Notes under the pieces: model-generated
Told to the model about the DNA's origin: nothing
What the model saw: only the letters and a program-made list of their open reading frames with translations
Databases searched by the model: none
Made by a program: the position numbers and the translations under genes
Shown here: in pieces, positions 1 through 9,126 of the stretch
How the letters are laid out: each line of letters opens with the position of its first letter
Position numbering within the stretch: position 1 is the first letter of the stretch
Assembly (NCBI GenBank): GCA_964342625.1
Contig: CAYFGC010000003.1
Coordinates: 1-41,673, forward strand
DNA length: 41,673 bases
Origin: an uncultured Candidatus Poseidoniales archaeon
GTDB taxonomy: Archaea > Thermoplasmatota > Poseidoniia > Poseidoniales > Thalassarchaeaceae
Reading direction: 5' to 3'

Positions 1-1
1 C

Positions 2-889
2 AAAGGAGCATCAGCGAGAGCAGCAGCTCGTAGGCAGAAGGACAAGTGGAAGGCGAAGAGGTGGTACTCTATCAGAGCACCTCGGAATCCATGGTCTTTC
101 AAGGTCATCGGGGAGACCATCGCCGAGGAAGAAGAGATGCTGGTTGGAAGGCCGTTCGAGATCATGCAGAATGAGCTGGACGGCGACTTCACAAAGATGC
201 ACGTCAAGATAAAGTTCCGAATCAAGGAGGTTGTCGGAAACGACGCAATCACCGAGTTTGTTGGCCACGATGTCATGAAGGACTTCGTTAGGAGACAGAT
301 AAGGAGAGATAGGGGGAAAATAGACGATACCATAGATGTCGTTACAGAAGATGGCTTCTTTGTCAGAATCAAGCCTTTCATAGTAACAAGGTCGAGCGTC
401 AAGGCCAGCCAGAAGCACGAGTCCCGCAGCGTCACCAGGAACGAGGTGGTCAAGTTCTGCGCCCAGTCAACATGGATCAACGTACAGAAGGCACTAATGG
501 ACGGCTCCTTGGAGGATACCGTCTCCAAGGCAATCTCCAAGATTCAACCAGTCAGGGCGGTCTTCTTCAGGCGCAGCCAGCTTATCCAGGATGGCGTCGT
601 GGTAGATGATGGGCCAACTCTGGAGGAGATCAAGGCCGAAGAGAAGGCTGCAAAGGAGCAGGAAGAGGAGACTCCCGAGGAGGGGGACTCTTCTGACGTT
701 CCGTCAGAAGAGGTCGACCCTGTTGAAGAAAAGGCGGATGGTCCTGCCGACGAAGATCAAGGGGTTGGGGATTCGGACGATGCCGATTACGATTCGATGA
801 CCGTGGCTCAGTTGAAGGAACTACTGAAGGAAGCAGGCAAGCCAGTTTCAGGGAAGAAGGCCGACCTCATCACAAGGCTCTCGGAGTGA
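2..889 (+). CDS. rps3ae: 30S ribosomal protein S3Ae (eS1), 5'-truncated by the window edge, with acidic linker and C-terminal SAP-like domain
   Basis: The frame is open from position 2 (KGASARAAARRQKDKWKAKRWYSIRAP), matching the eS1 N-terminal 'KDKWKxKxWY' motif. C-terminus DYDSMTVAQLKELLKEAGKPVSGKKADLITRL is a SAP consensus. Confidence 0.93.
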   Translation, partial: KGASARAAARRQKDKWKAKRWYSIRAPRNPWSFKVIGETIAEEEEMLVGRPFEIMQNELDGDFTKMHVKIKFRIKEVVGNDAITEFVGHDVMKDFVRRQIRRDRGKIDDTIDVVTEDGFFVRIKPFIVTRSSVKASQKHESRSVTRNEVVKFCAQSTWINVQKALMDGSLEDTVSKAISKIQPVRAVFFRRSQLIQDGVVVDDGPTLEEIKAEEKAAKEQEEETPEEGDSSDVPSEEVDPVEEKADGPADEDQGVGDSDDADYDSMTVAQLKELLKEAGKPVSGKKADLITRLSE

Positions 890-893
890 GGAG

Positions 894-1652
894 ATGCCCC
901 GCATTGCGGTGATTTGTGGAACTGGGATGAGTGCATTCTCTACCACTCTAGAATCAACAACATCTACTTCCAGCCAAATTCTCGCAGATTCGAAATGGGG
1001 GGTTGTCCCCATTTCAGTAGTGAATCACGATTCGGGACAAGTTTTCGTCATAGACAGGCATCACTCAAAAGACGAAGCAAGAACCCCTCCTCACGAAATA
1101 GATCACCGAGCCAACGTGCATGCAGCCAATAGTTGCTCGCCCGATCTGATTGTTAGCGTGAACTCTGTTGGATCGATTGTAGAGTCGATGCCCCCCGGTA
1201 CTGTGGGAATCGCAAGTGGGATACTCGATCTATCCATCAAGCCATGGACATTTCACGATGACGATGCGACTCATGCAGATAGGACACGCCCATTCGACCA
1301 TCGATACTCCTCCGTCTGCGAGACCGTACTCGCAGAGAGGCAGGGCAACTCACCAACCGGATTGGTAGTGGCTCAATGCGTAGGGCCTCAGTTCGAGAGC
1401 CCCTCTGAGATCGATGCACTAGAGATGCTAGGAGCACATGTCGTGGGAATGACCCTTGGCCCAGAGCAGAGGCTAGTTTCAGAGACGGGTATCGCCCATG
1501 TCTCATTGCCCTGCTCTTCTAACTGGGCCGCAGGAAGGACTCCAGGGGACCCGGATGCAGAGATCAATCACGAAGCAGTCGACCAGATGGCGTCTCAGAT
1601 GAGGGACTTGGTTTCCTCGTGCATACTTGCCCTCCTTGAAGACATCAACTAG
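894..1652 (+). CDS. MTAP/PNP-family nucleoside phosphorylase, probably 6-oxopurine or methylthioinosine specific
   Basis: Motifs ICGTG, RH...PPHEIDHRAN, NSVGS, GPQFESPSEI, VVGMT, SNWAAG. Confidence 0.88.
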   Translation: MPRIAVICGTGMSAFSTTLESTTSTSSQILADSKWGVVPISVVNHDSGQVFVIDRHHSKDEARTPPHEIDHRANVHAANSCSPDLIVSVNSVGSIVESMPPGTVGIASGILDLSIKPWTFHDDDATHADRTRPFDHRYSSVCETVLAERQGNSPTGLVVAQCVGPQFESPSEIDALEMLGAHVVGMTLGPEQRLVSETGIAHVSLPCSSNWAAGRTPGDPDAEINHEAVDQMASQMRDLVSSCILALLEDIN

Positions 1653-1691
1653 TGCAACTACCTTGATGGAGCCCCTCCCATGTGTATTGCC

Positions 1692-2087
1692 ATGGCGGAA
1701 AGGCTGAGTGTAGATGATTGGTTGCAGGTGGAGCACGGCGAGGGTCCAGATGGGTCTTGGCCTACAATGATGGCCAGAGTCGCTAAGTTCCACCACAAGC
1801 ATAAGTTCGCAGATGACGATAACCATGGTCACGACATGGGATTCCGGATCGCCCTGACTGTGGAGGAGCTTGGCGAACTCTCAGCAGCCATTACGAAGGG
1901 CAAGCCAGATGAGGAGGCGGCCGAAGAGCTAGCCGACCTTTTGATTCTGATACTCGGGCACTCTCTGGCAATGAACGTGGATCTCGAAGCGGAATTCCAC
2001 AGGAAGATGGACAAGGTCATGACCAGGAAGGCTAGAACAGGTAAGCTTGGAATCAGAGTGACAGAATACACGGATGATGTCAATTAA
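1692..2087 (+). CDS. MazG-like nucleotide pyrophosphohydrolase
   Basis: EELGEL...EELADLL metal-binding motif of all-alpha NTP pyrophosphatases. Start at 1692 or 1680. Confidence 0.85.
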   Translation: MAERLSVDDWLQVEHGEGPDGSWPTMMARVAKFHHKHKFADDDNHGHDMGFRIALTVEELGELSAAITKGKPDEEAAEELADLLILILGHSLAMNVDLEAEFHRKMDKVMTRKARTGKLGIRVTEYTDDVN

Positions 2088-2196
2088 GTGTGGCAATTTG
2101 CACTCATTTTAGTGAATTATACTAGGTGTAAATAGTAACACCGGCTTTTTGTAAAAAGTGCGTTTTTAGCCGTTTTTCGCATGTTCTGCACCTTCT

Positions 2197-2207
2197 CTAT
2201 TATATAG
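2197..2207 (+). promoter_or_regulatory. Probable archaeal TATA box of the MIP-like gene
   Basis: TTATATA at 2200-2206, preceded by T-tracts; GGAG RBS at 2244-2247 before ATG 2257. Confidence 0.5.
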
Positions 2208-2256
2208 TCCAGTGAAACGAGACGAAGTCACTCGTGTATACGAGGAGATGAAAAAA

Positions 2257-2901
2257 ATGAATGTAGATATGAATGCAATGAAAGCAGAAGTAGGCGGTGC
2301 CTTTGTGGTGTCCTGGCTGGTCTTCGGATCCAGCGGAATGGGCCTCGAGGGTGCTGTTATTCTGGCAGCCGCCTGGATGGCGTTCGCCGGAGCCCACATC
2401 CTGCCAGTAGTGACCTGGTGTCACATGCTGACTGGGGATCTGGGAGACATGGACGCCCATATGGCAAATGGGATGAGGCTGGTAGGACAGATGGTCGGGT
2501 CAATCCTGGCAATCGCCCTAGCTACCGAGTTTGGCGGAATAGATACGCCATGGACAGCTGACGCATGGGCAATGCCCGAGATGTGGCCAGCCCTAACCGC
2601 AATTGCGGCGGGTGCCATTTTCTGGCAGGTGCACACCAAGGCTGACTCAGTATGGATAAGTGCCTTTGCTGTTATGGCTCTTGCTTCGGCAATGGGCATG
2701 CAGCATGACGGATTGACCACCGCCCTTGATGCTGCAAATTCGGGTGACTGGTACAGCACATCTGGTGCAAACGAGATGGGCGCAGTGATAGCAGGAATGA
2801 CCTTTGGTGATCTTGCTGACGTGCTTCCCACGTTCATCGTCGACGGCCTGCTTGTTGGTATCGGTGCAAGGGTAGGCACCGAGATCGACAAGGCAATTTG
2901 A
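2257..2901 (+). CDS. Divergent MIP/aquaporin-fold membrane protein lacking NPA motifs
   Basis: AEVGGAF (TM1 Glu), GAHILPVVT (cf. GAHxNPAVT) and LVGQMVGSILA (cf. AQxxGAxxA); about 6 hydrophobic segments. Confidence 0.7.
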   Translation: MNVDMNAMKAEVGGAFVVSWLVFGSSGMGLEGAVILAAAWMAFAGAHILPVVTWCHMLTGDLGDMDAHMANGMRLVGQMVGSILAIALATEFGGIDTPWTADAWAMPEMWPALTAIAAGAIFWQVHTKADSVWISAFAVMALASAMGMQHDGLTTALDAANSGDWYSTSGANEMGAVIAGMTFGDLADVLPTFIVDGLLVGIGARVGTEIDKAI

Positions 2902-2932
2902 GACTGAGAAAATCCACTCTCTAATACGAAAG

Positions 2933-2961
2933 CAGGCTAGGGGGGGAAACTCCCTAGCCTG
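2933..2961. terminator. Strong GC-rich hairpin between convergent genes (terminator or 3' stabiliser)
   Basis: CAGGCTAGGGGG-GGAAA-CTCCCTAGCCTG, 12-bp stem with one G-U pair. Confidence 0.6.
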
Positions 2962-2992
2962 TACACGAAACTCTGCCTAGAGAAATCTCGCT

Positions 2993-3523
2993 CTATTCAA
3001 TGTCAAAGAATTCTGATTGCATTGTAGCAATCTCTCCTCTTGACTCAGCAGTAGAGTATGCCTCTAGTGGTTCCCTGTTCAGGTCAAGGAACTGCTGTCC
3101 GAACTGGAATGGTTCTAGAACCCTAGAGGCTTGATCGTGATGCCCCAATATAGCCAAGGAAGCAGCAACAGCCTCTACTGAGGACAACCTGCCGACCCTC
3201 CCCCAGGAAACCGGGTTTGCAGCCAGCAATGCTGGCAATATCCTGCCTTCGAGCATAGTCCTTCCAGCGATTTCGTCTAGTGACTCATCAATTCTCTTCC
3301 AAGAGCAGTCCAGTACCACTAGCGCGGCACCCAAGGAAATAAGACTTCGATCCTCAGGACCGAGTATAGTTGTTGATTTGGGATCTAGAATATACCCCCT
3401 CTTGGGTGCTCCTGATACGGATTCGTGCAACTCTACAAGGCCACTGGCATGCATCTTCCTAGCAGTGCATTTCCGTGGATCATCCTGATCGAGATGAATC
3501 ACATGGAGGGGGACCTCTTCCAC
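2993..3523 (-). CDS. tsr3: 16S rRNA aminocarboxypropyltransferase Tsr3 (DUF367)
   Basis: DDPRKCTARKM, LDCSW, RILPALLAANPVSWG, LSSVEA; GTG start after a GGAG RBS. Confidence 0.92.
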   Translation of the reverse strand: MEEVPLHVIHLDQDDPRKCTARKMHASGLVELHESVSGAPKRGYILDPKSTTILGPEDRSLISLGAALVVLDCSWKRIDESLDEIAGRTMLEGRILPALLAANPVSWGRVGRLSSVEAVAASLAILGHHDQASRVLEPFQFGQQFLDLNREPLEAYSTAESRGEIATMQSEFFDIE

Positions 3524-3527
3524 GAAC

Positions 3528-4112
3528 CTATCTCCTCGATCTTGCACCGGACCGGGAGACGCCTATCCTCCTCCCTTTCTTCTTCTGACTCTTCTGCTTC
3601 TTGGGTTCGGTCTCGGGTGAATTTTTCGCATCCGAGATGGTCATCTGCCTATCGTTATCGGAAGCTACCATTGTATGGGCATGTGAAACAGACTCCACGA
3701 ATAGCTTGATGTCCAGCGCCTTCGCGAACTTGTTCAGGAGAGAGTCAGTCGGCCTGATTCCGTTCTCGGTCTTCTGAATGACGGCAATCTTCTCATTCAT
3801 CTGTTTGGCAAGGTCTTCCTGAGACAGACCTCTATGCTTCCTAGCATTCCTAATTCGCGAATGGAAGTCATTTGCTAGCTCCACCTCATCCTTAGTCATG
3901 ATATCCACCCCCGAGATTCCTTTCCCAGATACGGAGCTTTGAGTCTCAGTAGGGGGTACGTATGTCGGAGTCCTCACCGCTTCGACAATAAGTCCCATGG
4001 ATTCGATGCACCTATTGCAACACTCGAGTATCGAATTATGGCCTACTGGTTTCGCAATCTTCGCCCTCTTTGTGCTAACTCCCTCGGCTCCACAGAGTTC
4101 GCACGCACCCAT
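3528..4112 (-). CDS. mbf1: Archaeal multiprotein bridging factor 1 (Zn ribbon + HTH)
   Basis: MGACELCG...CCNRC zinc ribbon; HTH IRNARKHRGLSQEDLAKQMNEK...ENGIRP; next to pan, a known archaeal gene context. Confidence 0.88.
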   Translation of the reverse strand: MGACELCGAEGVSTKRAKIAKPVGHNSILECCNRCIESMGLIVEAVRTPTYVPPTETQSSVSGKGISGVDIMTKDEVELANDFHSRIRNARKHRGLSQEDLAKQMNEKIAVIQKTENGIRPTDSLLNKFAKALDIKLFVESVSHAHTMVASDNDRQMTISDAKNSPETEPKKQKSQKKKGRRIGVSRSGARSRR

Positions 4113-4181
4113 GCATTGCCGATACGATTGAGCATCATAGTCCTTCGCAGGGGTCATAAGTATCCGTTTAGTGTGCACAAC

Positions 4182-5414
4182 ATGACATCCGAGGCCGATG
4201 AGAAACCCAGTGGTCACGATCCTCTGGAAAATACAGACTCTCACAAAGGCGCTCTAGACCGTCTTTCCAAGGACTACCGTGAGCTCTCTGACAAGGCTCA
4301 GCAGCTATTGACAGAGAAGCTATTCTTGGAGAACGAGCTAACACAACTTAAGAAGCGCTCGAATAGGCTTGAGGAGGAGCTAAGCAACATTCGAACCCCG
4401 CCGTTAATCATCGGTTACATCCAGGACATGGTTAACGAACAAGCGGTTGTCAGGAGTTCCAACGGCACAGTATTCCTAGTGTCAATCAATCGCCGTTTGG
4501 ATAGTACGAAAATAAAACCAGGCACCAGGGTGGCTCTAAACCAGGATACCCTATCCGTAGTTGAGATTCTTTCCGACTCTTGGGATCCGTTAGTTAGCAA
4601 TGCAGAGATCATTGACTCCCCGGACGTGGACTACTCCTCGATAGGGGGACTTGAGGAGCAAATCAAGGAACTCAAGGAGGCTATAGAACTACCATTCGAG
4701 AATCCACAGGCATTCTCCGATTTCGGAATCGACCCGCCCAAAGGAGTTCTTCTGACCGGACCTCCTGGCACTGGAAAGACAATGTTGGCTAAGGCAGTGG
4801 CAAACTCGACCAATGCGTCATTCCTAGGACTAGTGGGCGCGGAACTCGCTCAGAAGTATATTGGAGAGGGCGGCAGAATGGTAAGGGAACTGTTCGAAAT
4901 GGCAAGGGAGAAGGCCCCTTCAATAATCTTCATCGATGAAATCGACTCAATTGGTTCCAAGAGGCTCGATGTCGCTACTTCCGGCGATCGTGAGGTACAG
5001 AGGACGCTGATGCAACTTCTTTCCGAGTTGGATGGATTCGAGAGCTTGGACAATGTCAAGGTTATCGCCGCAACAAATCGTCCGGAATTGCTCGATGCTG
5101 CCCTTCTACGTCCAGGGAGGTTTGACAGGATTATTGACATCCCCATCCCAGATATTGATGCTAGGGAAGCCATATTCTCCGTGCATACCAGGTCAATGCC
5201 AATGGCCAAGGGTTTGGATAGCAGATCATTGGCCTCAATGTCCGATGGATTTAGCGGTGCCGAAATCAAATCCGCAGTCGTAGAGGCGGGAATATCGGCA
5301 ATATCTAGCGGTCGTAAGTCAGTAAAGAAGTCCGACTTCATAGGTGCGATAAAGAAGGTTGAGGATAACAGGAAGGGCTCCAACGAAACCAATTCCGAGG
5401 GAATCTACGGATAA
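4182..5414 (+). CDS. pan: Proteasome-activating nucleotidase (AAA ATPase)
   Basis: Coiled coil + OB fold, Walker A GPPGTGKT, Walker B IIFIDEID, EVQRTLMQLL, RPGRFDR, C-terminal HbYX-type IYG. Confidence 0.96.
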   Translation: MTSEADEKPSGHDPLENTDSHKGALDRLSKDYRELSDKAQQLLTEKLFLENELTQLKKRSNRLEEELSNIRTPPLIIGYIQDMVNEQAVVRSSNGTVFLVSINRRLDSTKIKPGTRVALNQDTLSVVEILSDSWDPLVSNAEIIDSPDVDYSSIGGLEEQIKELKEAIELPFENPQAFSDFGIDPPKGVLLTGPPGTGKTMLAKAVANSTNASFLGLVGAELAQKYIGEGGRMVRELFEMAREKAPSIIFIDEIDSIGSKRLDVATSGDREVQRTLMQLLSELDGFESLDNVKVIAATNRPELLDAALLRPGRFDRIIDIPIPDIDAREAIFSVHTRSMPMAKGLDSRSLASMSDGFSGAEIKSAVVEAGISAISSGRKSVKKSDFIGAIKKVEDNRKGSNETNSEGIYG

Positions 5415-5444
5415 GCAAAATATCTTGACGAGCAGTCGCTTCCA

Positions 5445-6494
5445 ATGTCCATGCAGGGAGCCCTAGTTGAGTGCGTACCAAATTTTAGCGAAGGAAGGGA
5501 CAAGCAACTAATTGAGGAAATTACCAGGCCTATTAGGGATGCAAAAGGAGTCTCACTGCTAGATATCGACATGGGTCACGACTTCAACAGAACAGTCGTG
5601 ACTATGGTGGGGGGACCAGAAGAGGTACTGAGCACAGTAATCGAATGTACTAGGATTGCAACCGAGCTCATTGACATGAGGGAACATTCCGGCGAGCACG
5701 CGAGAATGGGTGCAGTGGACGTCGTCCCTTTCATACCTATCAAGGGGATATCCATGGATGATTGCGTCACACTTTCCGAGAGATACGCTCAAGCAGTTTC
5801 AGAAGAGCTTGATTTGCCAATTTACCTCTATGCTGAAGCTGCAAGAAACCAACAGAGAAGTAGGCTTCCGGACATTAGGAGGGGGCAGTACGAGGGCATG
5901 GAAGAAAAGGTCACTTCTCCCGAGTGGAAACCTGATTACGGACCTGCTGAATTCAAGCCGAGGATGGGTGTGACTGCTACTGGTGCCAGACCCATACTGA
6001 TCGCCTATAACGTAAATCTTGACACTGATGACAAGTCAAAGGCCAACACTATTGCATCTAAAATTAGGACTAGTGGGTCCATAGTGAAGGACGAAAATGG
6101 TGAGAAGGTTGTAGGAGACGATGGCAAGCCCATCAGAAAACCAGGAATGTTTCAGTCATTGCAGGCAGCAGGTTGGATGTACGACCCAGCTACGGCCCAG
6201 GTATCGATGAACCTACTTGATTACGATGTTACTGGCCTCCACGAAGTTACAGAAGCCATACGAACCGAGGCGAAAAAAATCGGCCTAAACGCGACTGCGG
6301 GAGAATTGGTCGGGCTAGTACCATTGAATGCCATGAAATCTGCGGGCAATTATTACAATAATGGCGATAGTCAGATAGATGAAAAGTCACTTGTTGAAAA
6401 GGCAATTTCAGGATTGATGCTAGACAGGTTGGGGGACTTCGACCCCGAATCAAGCATTATCGAATGGGCTATTGATGGGAGGTCTGAGAATTGA
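5445..6494 (+). CDS. ftcD: Glutamate formiminotransferase
   Basis: LVECVPNFSEGRD, NRTVVT, HARMGAVDVVPFIP, GARPILIAYNVNL, QVSMNL. Confidence 0.95.
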   Translation: MSMQGALVECVPNFSEGRDKQLIEEITRPIRDAKGVSLLDIDMGHDFNRTVVTMVGGPEEVLSTVIECTRIATELIDMREHSGEHARMGAVDVVPFIPIKGISMDDCVTLSERYAQAVSEELDLPIYLYAEAARNQQRSRLPDIRRGQYEGMEEKVTSPEWKPDYGPAEFKPRMGVTATGARPILIAYNVNLDTDDKSKANTIASKIRTSGSIVKDENGEKVVGDDGKPIRKPGMFQSLQAAGWMYDPATAQVSMNLLDYDVTGLHEVTEAIRTEAKKIGLNATAGELVGLVPLNAMKSAGNYYNNGDSQIDEKSLVEKAISGLMLDRLGDFDPESSIIEWAIDGRSEN

Positions 6495-7111
6495 ACGAAG
6501 GTTACAATGAGGTTCTCCGCTCTATCGGATCGTCTGACCCCACTCCTGGGGGTGGCTCAGTCGCTGCGCTATCACTCGCCCATGCCCATTCACTTGCTAT
6601 GATGGTAGCCAGACTAACAGATGGCAAGGAAAAGTGGTCAGAGGGCCATGAAGTGGCAAAATCAGTGATTTCCGAATCCCAAGTTGGCCTTGCGGAAGCA
6701 ATGCGCCTCGCAGAGATTGATGCGGAGGCCTTCGAATCAGTAATGTCTGCCTATCGCCTCCCTAGAGAAACCGAACATCAGAAGGCAGAGAGGAAGCAAT
6801 CAATTCGTGATGCCACTATGGGGGCTGCCGAAGCACCACTCGCCACAGCTTCCTGTGCATTGGAACTTCTGAGTAGTCTCGAGAGACTATGCGTCTCATG
6901 TAACGCAAATGCTCTAACCGATCTTGCATCAGCTTCGGAACTCTCTCTATCAGCTGTAAAAATAGCTGCTATGAACGTAAGAATAAACTTGGAATTTATA
7001 GAAGGAGATGACGTAGACAGACTCGCATCTCAAATAGACAAAGTAGTACACAAATCAACTGTATCTGCAGAGGCAATATCCCTGAAGGTCAACGAGAGGT
7101 TGGGTTGGTAA
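6491..7111 (+). CDS. fchA: Formiminotetrahydrofolate cyclodeaminase
   Basis: PTPGGGSVAAL, DAEAF...AYRLP, NVRINL; overlaps the ftcD stop. Confidence 0.92.
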   Translation: MNEGYNEVLRSIGSSDPTPGGGSVAALSLAHAHSLAMMVARLTDGKEKWSEGHEVAKSVISESQVGLAEAMRLAEIDAEAFESVMSAYRLPRETEHQKAERKQSIRDATMGAAEAPLATASCALELLSSLERLCVSCNANALTDLASASELSLSAVKIAAMNVRINLEFIEGDDVDRLASQIDKVVHKSTVSAEAISLKVNERLGW

Positions 7112-9126
7112 TGGATGCCGAAGATTTCTCCATAGGAGGAATTCCGAATGAACTTCCACCAACCAGTGAAGTGGATAATTCCGTCCCCCACGCTCCGAAA
7201 AGACCCCAAGTACTGGATGAAAACGAACGTCGACTAGCAATCGAGAACTCTCTGCGATATTTTCCCAAAGAATGGCATAATGTTCTGGCCACTGAGTTTC
7301 TTGACGAGCTAGACAGACTCGGCCACATATACATGCATAGATTCAGGCCAGATTACGAGATGTACGCAAGACCTATTTCTGAATATAAGTGCAATAGTAA
7401 GAAAGCAGCCTCAATTATGCTAATGATACAGAATAATCTAGACCCCAAAGTTGCCCAGTACCCGCATGAATTAATCACATATGGTGGCAACGGGGGGGTA
7501 TTCCAGAATTGGGCTCAGTACCTGATTACTATGGATTACCTTAGCAAAATGAGCGACGATCAGACATTAGTGATGTATTCTGGACATCCCCTGGGTTTGT
7601 TCCCTTCGAGCAAAGAATCTCCAATGGTAGTAGTAACAAATGGGATGGTTATACCAAATTACTCGTCTCAGAAAGACTACGAGAGAATGAGTGCCTTGGG
7701 GGTTTCCCAGTATGGTCAGATGACTGCAGGCTCATACATGTACATAGGGCCTCAAGGAATAGTTCACGGAACTACAATCACCATACTGAATGCAGCACGT
7801 AAATACCTCGGCAGAACGTCTGAACAGGGCCTCGACGGAGTCCTGTATGTCACGTCTGGTCTAGGGGGGATGTCCGGAGCCCAAGCCAAGGCAGCAGTAA
7901 TTGCAGGAGCAGTCTGCTTAATCGCAGAGATTGATCCGGTTCCAGCACACAAAAGACACTCTCAGGGATGGCTATCGGAGCTTTACGAAGACTTGGACGA
8001 ACTATGCACACGCGCTGAGAGGGCCATTTCGAAAAAGGAAGCCGTCTCACTCGGATATCTGGGCAACATAGTAGATTTGCTCGAGCATCTGGTTGACAGG
8101 GGAATCACGCCCGATCTGGCTAGTGATCAAACCAGCCTACATAATCCATGGTTAGGCGGTTACATGCCAGCCGGAATGTCATTTGAGGAGGGTTTGTCTT
8201 TGTTACAGAAAAACCCTGATGAATTCAAGAATTCTGTCCAGACATCCCTCAGGAGGCACGTAAATGCGATCAACTCCCTAACCGAAAGGGGAACACGTTT
8301 TTGGGACTATGGAAACGCATTCCTTCTTGAGTCCAGCCGTGCCGGAGCCGATGTAATTTCTTCCGATGGATCATTCAGATATCCATCCTATGTGGAGGAT
8401 ATCATGGGGCCAATGTGCTTCGACTATGGTTTCGGGCCATTCCGTTGGGTTTGCACTTCAGGAACTAATGAAGATCTGAAAACAACAGATAAAATTGCTA
8501 GGCAAGCTCTAGAGAAACTCTCTGCAGAATGCTCTGATGACATCAAAACACAGTATTTGGATAATATAAAATGGATTTCCGAGGCCGAAAATCACGATCT
8601 CATAGTTGGTAGCAAAGCTCGCATTTTGTACGCAGATGAAGTGGGAAGGAGAACCATTGCTAGCGAATTCAACAAGGCCATTTCAAGCGGTTTGGTATCT
8701 GAATCGATAGTTTTGGGGCGAGATCATCATGATGTGGGAGGCACTGATAGCCCTTTCAGGGAGACTGCGAACATTTACGATGGCTCAATGTTCACTGCTG
8801 ACATGGCCGTACATAACTTCGTTGGAGACTCATTCAGAGGTGCAACATGGATCAGCCTCCACAATGGAGGCGGAGTAGGGTGGGGGGAAGTTGTCAACGG
8901 TGGTTTTGGACTGGTAATTGACGGTTCTGATAAGGCCCAGGAGAATATCGACTCAATGATCTCATGGGACGTCAATAATGGAATTGCCCGTAGGTCTTGG
9001 GCAAGAAATAGCGGGGCCATATCCGCGATCAATAGAGCTATGGATTCAGATAGTAGACTTGTGGTTACAGTCCCTGAAATAGTCGATGAAAACCTTTTGG
9101 AAAACATCTTTGATGACACTCGATGA
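7111..9126 (+). CDS. hutU: Urocanate hydratase, long (~670 aa) form
   Basis: NNLDPKVAQYPHELITYGG, GQMTAGSYMYIGPQGIVHGT, GLGGMSGAQ, GRDHHD, HNGGGVGWG. Confidence 0.97.
   Translation: MDAEDFSIGGIPNELPPTSEVDNSVPHAPKRPQVLDENERRLAIENSLRYFPKEWHNVLATEFLDELDRLGHIYMHRFRPDYEMYARPISEYKCNSKKAASIMLMIQNNLDPKVAQYPHELITYGGNGGVFQNWAQYLITMDYLSKMSDDQTLVMYSGHPLGLFPSSKESPMVVVTNGMVIPNYSSQKDYERMSALGVSQYGQMTAGSYMYIGPQGIVHGTTITILNAARKYLGRTSEQGLDGVLYVTSGLGGMSGAQAKAAVIAGAVCLIAEIDPVPAHKRHSQGWLSELYEDLDELCTRAERAISKKEAVSLGYLGNIVDLLEHLVDRGITPDLASDQTSLHNPWLGGYMPAGMSFEEGLSLLQKNPDEFKNSVQTSLRRHVNAINSLTERGTRFWDYGNAFLLESSRAGADVISSDGSFRYPSYVEDIMGPMCFDYGFGPFRWVCTSGTNEDLKTTDKIARQALEKLSAECSDDIKTQYLDNIKWISEAENHDLIVGSKARILYADEVGRRTIASEFNKAISSGLVSESIVLGRDHHDVGGTDSPFRETANIYDGSMFTADMAVHNFVGDSFRGATWISLHNGGGVGWGEVVNGGFGLVIDGSDKAQENIDSMISWDVNNGIARRSWARNSGAISAINRAMDSDSRLVVTVPEIVDENLLENIFDDTR

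Noticed and set aside
3939-4244. Apparent long head-to-head overlap of the pan and mbf1 ORFs
   Set aside because: Artefact of longest-ORF calling; the likely starts are 4182 (+) and 4112 (-).
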